15,059 bases of DNA from Calditrichia bacterium. Lineage in GTDB: Bacteria; Calditrichota; Calditrichia; RBG-13-44-9. Positions within the stretch are counted from its first letter, which is position 1, and the number at the start of each line of letters is the position of its first letter. Positions 8,766-15,059 of the stretch are shown here, piece after piece. Location of the stretch: NCBI GenBank assembly GCA_037381445.1, contig JARRQT010000052.1, forward strand, positions 17,160 through 32,218, given 5' to 3'. The position numbers and the translations under genes were made by a program. The notes under the pieces are model-generated. The model was given only the letters and a program-made list of their open reading frames with translations, was not told the DNA's origin and did not search any database.

Positions 8766-9959
8766 CTATTTGGGGACAATCCAGATGCTGTTCTCAATTT
8801 CCAGTTTCACATCATCCAGATAAACGGCGCGTCCCGTTCCGCCGGGCCGGAAATCGGTGACGATATCCACGTGCTGAGCAGACCTGTTCAGCAGTCCACG
8901 CTTGAAGAAATCATCCAGAAGCGATTGGCCTTCGTCGCTGCTTTCCGCTTCGACATAGGATTCCGGGTAACTGGCGCCGATGGCGATATGCAGTGTCCCG
9001 CCCACCTTTTCCACAAAAAGCGGGTGTTTCAGCACCTTCTCGATGCCGTTATTCATTCCCAGTGCCACCTCACCCAGCCGGTGCGATCCCTCATCGGTTT
9101 CAATAATCCTCTGCAGGGTCTCAAATCCCTCTTCCGCGGAATAGTCCCGGATGACGCCCTTTTCAAAGCGCAGATAAATTCCCTGGATGGTAGTGCCGTC
9201 ATAAAATACGGGTAGATCCACAAAGATTTCGCCCTCTACGGTATTCGCATTGGGACTGGTGAATACTTCGCCGTCCGGAAAATTGCGTTCGCCGGTGCAT
9301 TTTACAATGCGCCGCTCACTGATATCCATCTGCAGTTTCAGCGGCTTTTTGGTTTTGGGATGCTCTGTTTCGATGCGGATGGTCTTGCTTTTGTCCATCA
9401 ACCGGTAAATGTCTTCTTCAACTTCATCCAGCAGTCTGGGATCCACGGTAGAGGCATTGACGATGACCCGGGTATATTCTTCCAGCGACATCCCTTCGGT
9501 ATCGGCGAATCCTTTGGTGGGGAACAGGGTCAGCACCCACGGCTTGGCCAGCCGGATTTCCTTGAACGGTTCATCAGCCCGCACGATCGCCTGGGATTTA
9601 TCCGCAGGCAGATTGGAAAACAGTTTTGGGTCCTCGGCCCCCAGGATTTCAATATACTTCGTCATGGCCTCGTAGCGCTGACGGTGCCATTCGGGAACCC
9701 GCTCAATCTGCTGAACACTGCCATGCCGGGCGACGGAGGCGCCCCATACTTTCCCGCGATCATTGTCCGGCGCCGCAATGTTGATATCGGCAATTGCACC
9801 CGCTGCGAATATTTTGTCCTGCAAAACGGATATCAGCGGCCAGCAGATCTGTTCTCCTTTTACCATGATCACATCGTTGGGCTGTACACCGCCAAGGGAA
9901 TAATCCAGTAAATAATCCGCCCAGGTTTCAAGGTCTTTTTGGGAAATTTGGGGTTGCAT
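8766..9959 (-). CDS. Aminopeptidase, peptidase M29 family (AmpS/AmpT/PepS-like)
   Basis: M29 metal-ligand motifs NFPDGEVFT, LGEVALG, LFVEKVGGTLHIAIGASY and NRSAQHVD are present. The RBS is CAGGAGG. Confidence 0.92.
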   Translation of the reverse strand: MQPQISQKDLETWADYLLDYSLGGVQPNDVIMVKGEQICWPLISVLQDKIFAAGAIADINIAAPDNDRGKVWGASVARHGSVQQIERVPEWHRQRYEAMTKYIEILGAEDPKLFSNLPADKSQAIVRADEPFKEIRLAKPWVLTLFPTKGFADTEGMSLEEYTRVIVNASTVDPRLLDEVEEDIYRLMDKSKTIRIETEHPKTKKPLKLQMDISERRIVKCTGERNFPDGEVFTSPNANTVEGEIFVDLPVFYDGTTIQGIYLRFEKGVIRDYSAEEGFETLQRIIETDEGSHRLGEVALGMNNGIEKVLKHPLFVEKVGGTLHIAIGASYPESYVEAESSDEGQSLLDDFFKRGLLNRSAQHVDIVTDFRPGGTGRAVYLDDVKLEIENSIWIVPK

Positions 9960-10009
9960 GAGAGCCTCCTGTATATTTTTTGTTCAATCTGTTGTTCTCA
10001 ATGGCTTAT

Positions 10010-10039
10010 AATATACATTGAATCTCCGGATATTTCCAA
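10010..10039 (-). promoter_or_regulatory. Putative housekeeping promoter of the aminopeptidase gene
   Basis: Minus-strand TTGGAA-N18-TATATT lies about 50 nt upstream of the ATG. Confidence 0.4.
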
Positions 10040-10121
10040 GACCTGTTTGAGGCGATTCGGTCAGGATTAATATTTTCAAAGAGCACTATTTGGGATGAAG
10101 GGAAGGTGAGCGACGGCCAGA

Positions 10122-10160
10122 TAAAAAAGGTCCATTCGGTTTGGCCCCGAAGGGACCTTT
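10122..10160 (-). terminator. Rho-independent terminator downstream of the hemerythrin gene
   Basis: The minus strand reads AAAGGTCC-C-TTCGG-ggccaaa-CCGAA-T-GGACC followed by TTTTTT. Confidence 0.75.
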
Positions 10161-10244
10161 AAAATTTGAAATCAATTTTCATCTCTGACGCCCGCGGCAG
10201 CCGATGACTACGAATTGCTTTCCGCGAATTTCTTGTTTTTTCTC

Positions 10245-10654
10245 TCAATAAACGCCTTTTTTATATAGAAAAAAACCATACGCTTTATCAGTGCCCAATA
10301 TATGATTGGAAAGCCACTCCTTCAGGAAACTGCTCACCCTTGTGGAGAGACCCAGCCCGCCGTTGCGCAATTGATGCCGGATATCCATGACCTGCCGGGT
10401 CGGTTCCCGGTGTTCCTGTGTGTGAGCGATCTTTCCGGGAAATCCGTGGGCCTGCATTAATTTTTCCTCGCTCGCAAAATGCGTGTTTGTATAGCTGATG
10501 AGGTCATTGAGAATTTTTTCCGGTACTTCATTTCCGTTTCCAGCCCGCATTGCCTCGAACAACTGGTTCAGGTAGCCCACCAGTTTCTTACGCTGATTGT
10601 CAATATTTGCGATATTCCCCCCCTGGAACGATCATCCCACTTGAGGAATGCCAC
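10245..10654 (-). pseudogene. Bacteriohemerythrin, frameshifted at a G7 tract (10617-10623)
   Basis: AGGAG plus GTG at 10654 gives MAFLKWDDR, which then goes out of frame and stops at 10568-10570. The other frame gives NIANIDNQRKKLV...HFASEEKLM...HTQEH...WLSNHILGTD. The span is 410 nt, not a multiple of 3, and the first ligand His is Arg. Confidence 0.85.
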
Positions 10655-10900
10655 GATCTTCTCCTAAAGTTATTAATCAATAATCGGAATATGCGGTTGA
10701 CTCCATTCACCTCATTTTGTGGGCGCTGTGCGTCCATACTTCATAAAGACTGCCTTTTCTGCTAAAAAAATCGTATGCGGATACAACTGGCCTTCTTTTG
10801 CATCGACCGAACCAAAAGCAGATTAGGCAAATTTCGAGAAAAATAACAACGTCAATCGGATTCCATATTTGAAAAATTCAATCATTTGCCACTTTGTATC

Positions 10901-10929
10901 TTGGATAAAATTAAAAATAGACTTAAATT
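10901..10929 (+). promoter_or_regulatory. Putative promoter of mscL
   Basis: TTGGAT-N17-TAAATT lies about 60 nt upstream of ATG 10990. Confidence 0.4.
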
Positions 10930-10989
10930 GTTTTGAATTTTATGGCATTTCCTAAAATACTTAAACCCCTAAAACAGGAGGCCCTTATC

Positions 10990-11394
10990 ATGGCTATCAT
11001 GAAAGAGTTTAAAGAGTTTGCGATGAAGGGAAATGTTGTGGATATGGCAGTTGGAATTATCATAGGTGTTGCCTTCGGGAAAATCGTTACCTCGTTGGTG
11101 AACGATGTGATCATGCCGCCCATCGGCTTGCTGCTGGGTGGTGTAGATTTCAGCAGCTGGGCGTTTACTCTGAAGCCTGCAGTGGGGGAAATCCCCGCAG
11201 TCGTCATCAGGCACGGCGTATTTATCAATACGGTGATAGATTTTTTGATTGTTGCATTTGCGATTTTTATGGCCATCAAAGGAATTAACAGCCTGAAAAG
11301 AAAACAGGAAGCGGTCCCTGCCGCTCCGCCAGCTCCTTCCAAAGAAGAAACGCTGCTATCGGAAATCCGGGATATTTTGAAGGCACGGGCATAA
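10990..11394 (+). CDS. mscL: Large-conductance mechanosensitive channel MscL
   Basis: Signature sequences are [52 protein letters not shown] and [10 protein letters not shown] placed the start at ATG 10990 after CAGGAGG. Confidence 0.97.
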   Translation: MAIMKEFKEFAMKGNVVDMAVGIIIGVAFGKIVTSLVNDVIMPPIGLLLGGVDFSSWAFTLKPAVGEIPAVVIRHGVFINTVIDFLIVAFAIFMAIKGINSLKRKQEAVPAAPPAPSKEETLLSEIRDILKARA

Positions 11395-11555
11395 TTCATA
11401 TTTAAACAACATCTGGGTAAGCTTCCGGATTCGCTGTAATGGCAGTTGGATCTGCCTTAAGTGGATACTGTGTGCCGGGAAAATGAGCTTGTGTTTCCAA
11501 TGCGATATGAAATTCAAAATAAATTATTAACGCTCACTGAATAATCAGGAGGGAA

Positions 11556-12422
11556 ATGATTATGAGGATCTATGGAAAAAGGACTGTGGCTGTTGTTCTG
11601 ATATTATTGATTTATGGTCTTGTTTTGGGGCAGGATGATGCCAAGAAGGAACCGAAACTGGGTTGGAATAACAATGTGGTGGGAAGTCTGAATCTGACGC
11701 AGACAAATTTTGATAACTGGTCCCAGGGCGGGGAAAATAGCTTAACCTGGCAGTTGAACGGGAACGCCAAATTTGATAAAAACGAGCCCAAATATAACTG
11801 GACGAGCACTGGTAAAATTGCCTATGGCAGGCTGAAGATTGGAAATCAGGGCAGCCGGAAATCGGTGGATGAAATACGGTTGGGGACGGTCTATACCTAC
11901 AAACTGGATAAGGATGTGAATCCCTATGCTTCGGCCACCGGTGAAACCCAGTTTTCCAAGGGATATGACTATTCCCTTACCCCGCCTTTGGCAATTTCAA
12001 ATTTCATGGACCCGGGTTATTTTACGCAGAGTGTGGGTTTGGAGTACTCGCCGGGAGAAAATTTTGATACCCGCCTGGGCGCTGCGCTGCGGGAAACTAT
12101 TACCAATAAATATAACCAGTACACCGATAATCCCAATACCCCCAAAATCGAAAAGACCAAAACCGAAGCAGGCGTGGAATCGGTTACCGATTTTTCCTTC
12201 CAGCTAGCACAGAACATGCTGCTGACTTCCAATCTCCGAATGTTCTCAAATTTGAAGGCTATCAACCAGGTGGTGCTGCGCTGGGACAATATTTTATCAG
12301 CAAAGGTTGCGAAATATGCGGATGTAAATTTTAATTTCCAGATATTTTATGACAGCACTATCTCCAAAAAACGGCAGATGAAAGAGGCGCTTTCTTTAGG
12401 CCTGACCTATACTTTCATGTAA
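11556..12422 (+). CDS. DUF3078-like outer-membrane beta-barrel protein
   Basis: It has a signal peptide, family-like motifs (LNLTQTNFDNWSQGGENS, RKSVDEI, TQFSKGYDY, SNFMDPGY), amphipathic strands and a C-terminal LSLGLTYTF beta-signal. The RBS is CAGGAGG. Confidence 0.82.
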   Translation: MIMRIYGKRTVAVVLILLIYGLVLGQDDAKKEPKLGWNNNVVGSLNLTQTNFDNWSQGGENSLTWQLNGNAKFDKNEPKYNWTSTGKIAYGRLKIGNQGSRKSVDEIRLGTVYTYKLDKDVNPYASATGETQFSKGYDYSLTPPLAISNFMDPGYFTQSVGLEYSPGENFDTRLGAALRETITNKYNQYTDNPNTPKIEKTKTEAGVESVTDFSFQLAQNMLLTSNLRMFSNLKAINQVVLRWDNILSAKVAKYADVNFNFQIFYDSTISKKRQMKEALSLGLTYTFM

Positions 12423-12438
12423 CATATCGAACATGACA

Positions 12439-12491
12439 GCACACGAGGAGATTCCCGGGCAGCATGTCTTCTCTGTGTGCCTTGTTTTTTT
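12439..12491 (+). terminator. Putative terminator between the convergent DUF3078-like and phosphatase genes
   Basis: GCACAC-GAGGAGA (12439-12451) pairs with TCTTCTC-T-GTGTGC (12467-12480), followed by CTTGTTTTTTT. Confidence 0.6.
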
Positions 12492-12495
12492 AGAA

Positions 12496-14943
12496 CTACT
12501 CCATTCGCTTAATCACCACGATGGTGCGGTCGTCCCGGGCGGGCTGATCCCCTTCCCACCGGCCGATAGTGCTCTCCAGCATCCTGATGATTTGATGGGG
12601 CGGCTTCTTACTGTTTTTTTCCAGAAATTCCCTCAGCCTGTCTTCTCCAAATTCCTCGAGTGAATTGTTCATCGCCTCGGGATAGCCATCGGTGTAAAGC
12701 ACAACCGTATCTCCGGGCTGCAATTTCAAATCCTGCTGGAAAATTGTTTGATCGAATTTTTCAGGGGGAAGCAGTCCGATGCCGACACCGGGAGGAGTGA
12801 GCCATTTGCCGGCTCCATCCCGTTCAACCAGGTATAAAAGGGGATTGTGTCCCGCCCGCGCAAAGGAGAAAGTGCCCGTTTCCGTATTCAAGATGCCGAA
12901 AATCATGGAAATGAAATATCCCCTTTCCACATCTTTGTAAAACAGGCGGTTGGTTTCCCGCAGGATATCCGAAGGATTTGAATAATGCCGTGTGAGCGAT
13001 TTGAGAAAGCCTTTTACCAGGGTCATGAAAAACGCTGCGGAAATTCCCTTGTTGGAGACATCGCCGATGACAATTCCCAGCGAATGATCGTCCATGGGGA
13101 AATAATCGTAATAATCGCCGCCCACCTCCCAGGCCGGCTGGCAGCTTGCGGCAATCTCGTAATTGGGAATCCGGGGCGTGTCTTTGGGCAGGAATTGCTG
13201 CTGTACTGTTCTGGCGATATCAAGCTCGCGGATCAGCCGTTTCTTCTCATCCCGCTTGCGGACATACTCCGGCACAAACCTTAACGGCTGGCCTGCTTCA
13301 TTACGCTTTATCCAGATGGTGATCAGGCCTGAGAACAGCAGCGCTCCCAGGATAAAATAGAAGCCCGTTCCCAGTTGCTGAAAGTAAGGCTCCTGTGTTT
13401 TTGTAAATATCACCGCCTGCGAGAGAAGCAGGAAAGTAAAATAGCCGACGATGGTTGTGAATATATTGTAGCGGACCAGGAAATAGGCAAAGAGCATAGC
13501 AGGAATGACCAGAGAAATCAGTTTGAGAAGCAGGTTCGCGGCCTCCAGATCTACCCTAAAAAACAGGCCGATAAAAGTACCCGCTGCAATGACCCATACG
13601 GTTTTTTTGAGCCAGGCGCGCAGCAGGGATATTGCAAAAAGACGGTAAAAATATTCGTGGAAAAGCGTTGAAACCAGATATCCCAGTGAAAGCGCCAGGG
13701 TTGGCAGAATGAACGCGAAAGAGTAGGTCAGGTCGTCCCTCATCCTGAGATTTTCGCCCAACAGGCGGGAGTAAATATACAGAGAAAGCGCATACCAGCT
13801 CAACGCAATCACACCGAGAGCGATCCCTTTGATAACCGCCCGGCCGCTGGCCAGCGTGAAAAATTTTCCCTGATAGAAGGAATCGGTGACGCTAAGTCTG
13901 GCGGTCCACTGCTGGCGGGCCATAGCATCCCCGATTGTATATAGAAAGAGAACACCAAGGGATTGAAAAAGAACGGAAACGATGACCATGGCAATCTGGA
14001 CCCACAGATGGGCTGTGGAAATCTGGAAAAATGAGCTGACAGCGGCGCTTACCGCAACCACGTAAACGACCGGCAGTGAAATCTTGAAGCTGATGAAGTC
14101 CTGCCGCGAAAAACGAATAAAATATATCAGAATGCAAATGATTAACAGAACGATTATGATTACCTCGTAAATACCGAAAGCAACGGCCCCTTTCATTTCA
14201 TCGGAAAAAGAGCCGGAAGAAGATGCTCCCGGCGCAGTCAGGGAAAAATCGTAATATATGATTTGTCCCTGAAGGACTCTTACTGTGTAATAAACATTTT
14301 GTGATTTTATCTTTCCGGCATAATCAAACTGATAGATATTGAAGATGGAATCCGCTTTGATTTCCGATTTCACTGGCTGCAGGAACGAGGTATCAGTAAC
14401 GTTTTTTTGCAGGAAAGTAAGGCTCCCTTTCCGAGCGTCAGCTTCACTTTCCTCACTTACCGGCATGCCCGATTTTGCCAGGCTATCTTTCAACAATCTG
14501 GTAAAAACTTGTTCAAAATCAAGCTGCAGAAGTTTACCCTTTGGGGAAAGATGGACCAGGAAAGAATTGTCGGTTTGGGCTTTCACGGATTGCTCCTCTC
14601 CCGAGGTGAATGAAAATGCGTTCCGGCGGGTTTCGCTGGAACTGAATTCCATCTTCCAATAACGGAAAGGCTCGATGCCAATTGCTTTGATGATGCTTTG
14701 GGTTTCCGCAGCGGGACGCTCAAAATATTTTTTATCGATAATAAAACTGGAGGTGTTGTCCATATCCTGTTTCTGATATTTTGCAGGCAGATAGGTTGTT
14801 GCGGATTCAACTGCCTGTTCCTCCGTAACTGAAAAATCGGTCTGTGACAATGGGTGTATCTCGGGGTAGTATGTCTGGAGCAGATAAAAGGAACCCACTA
14901 CCAGGGCTGTCATAAGCAAATACTGCAAATATTTTCGATTCAT
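12496..14943 (-). CDS. Multi-pass membrane SpoIIE/PP2C (RsbU-like) protein Ser/Thr phosphatase with periplasmic sensor region
   Basis: C-terminal PP2C motifs are ELDIARTVQQQFLP, EVGGDYYD, IGDVSNKG, ARAGHNP, LYTDG and DDRTIVVI. The N-terminus has a TM anchor, a hydrophilic region of about 220 aa, then roughly 9-10 TM segments. Confidence 0.9.
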   Translation of the reverse strand: MNRKYLQYLLMTALVVGSFYLLQTYYPEIHPLSQTDFSVTEEQAVESATTYLPAKYQKQDMDNTSSFIIDKKYFERPAAETQSIIKAIGIEPFRYWKMEFSSSETRRNAFSFTSGEEQSVKAQTDNSFLVHLSPKGKLLQLDFEQVFTRLLKDSLAKSGMPVSEESEADARKGSLTFLQKNVTDTSFLQPVKSEIKADSIFNIYQFDYAGKIKSQNVYYTVRVLQGQIIYYDFSLTAPGASSSGSFSDEMKGAVAFGIYEVIIIVLLIICILIYFIRFSRQDFISFKISLPVVYVVAVSAAVSSFFQISTAHLWVQIAMVIVSVLFQSLGVLFLYTIGDAMARQQWTARLSVTDSFYQGKFFTLASGRAVIKGIALGVIALSWYALSLYIYSRLLGENLRMRDDLTYSFAFILPTLALSLGYLVSTLFHEYFYRLFAISLLRAWLKKTVWVIAAGTFIGLFFRVDLEAANLLLKLISLVIPAMLFAYFLVRYNIFTTIVGYFTFLLLSQAVIFTKTQEPYFQQLGTGFYFILGALLFSGLITIWIKRNEAGQPLRFVPEYVRKRDEKKRLIRELDIARTVQQQFLPKDTPRIPNYEIAASCQPAWEVGGDYYDYFPMDDHSLGIVIGDVSNKGISAAFFMTLVKGFLKSLTRHYSNPSDILRETNRLFYKDVERGYFISMIFGILNTETGTFSFARAGHNPLLYLVERDGAGKWLTPPGVGIGLLPPEKFDQTIFQQDLKLQPGDTVVLYTDGYPEAMNNSLEEFGEDRLREFLEKNSKKPPHQIIRMLESTIGRWEGDQPARDDRTIVVIKRME

Positions 14944-15015
14944 TTTTTAGTACCCGGGAAATTGGTGGTCAGATTCCATGTTTGAATATCATGAGCCGGT
15001 TGAATGCCATTTGGA

Positions 15016-15045
15016 AATTTAACAAAGTTTGCTCAATTTTTCCAA
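15016..15045 (-). promoter_or_regulatory. Putative promoter of the membrane phosphatase gene
   Basis: Minus-strand TTGGAA-N18-TAAATT lies about 70 nt upstream of the ATG. Confidence 0.4.
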
Positions 15046-15059
15046 AATAAAATATGATT

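Noticed and set aside
10611..10626. Programmed -1 ribosomal frameshift at G_GGG_GGA in the hemerythrin
   Set aside because: It would restore the frame, but it is not a typical bacterial slippery heptamer and I see no stimulatory hairpin. The ligand substitution points to decay instead.
10682..10861. AATCG(G)...TATGCGG-like words at about 86-87 nt spacing
   Set aside because: The matches are short and inexact, and the intervening DNA is unrelated. This is neither a CRISPR nor a tandem array.
10655..10900. Riboswitch, FNR box or sigma54 promoter upstream of the hemerythrin
   Set aside because: The GGCAAA segments lack the c-di-GMP-I stems, TTGAT has no ATCAA partner at N4, and the TGGCA...TTG spacing is off by one with no GC at -12.
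10923..11399. 158-aa ORF antisense to mscL
   Set aside because: It is a shadow ORF mirroring a confidently identified gene, with no RBS or motifs.
16..14810. The remaining overlapping alternative-frame and antisense ORFs in the ORF track (e.g. 16-522, 3829-4320, 5330-5794, 9360-9911)
   Set aside because: They lie within better-supported genes and show no family motifs.

Overview
An ordinary chromosomal window from a diderm bacterium, with no mobile element, RNA gene or CRISPR array that I can support. Gene order: 5'-truncated THUMP/RlmL-type RNA methyltransferase, cupin, two uncharacterised exported proteins, two convergent class I SAM methyltransferases, arfB, aldo/keto reductase, MATE transporter, NTF2-like protein, M29 aminopeptidase, a frameshifted bacteriohemerythrin, mscL, a DUF3078-like outer-membrane protein and an 815-aa membrane-bound SpoIIE/PP2C phosphatase. 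An FCB-associated lineage such as Calditrichota, KSB1 or Ignavibacteria is only my inference from gene content, promoter-like motifs and strong AGGAG ribosome-binding sites. Three signals stand out. (1) The phosphatase appears to join a tandem PepSY-like periplasmic region and a catalytically degenerate CPBP/Abi-like membrane domain to an intact PP2C domain. (2) The hemerythrin is broken at a G7 tract and has lost its first iron-ligand His. (3) A TTG-N20/21-TAnnTT promoter-like motif recurs upstream of four genes. I see no clear multi-gene novel system. All family calls come from motif recognition by eye, not from database searches.
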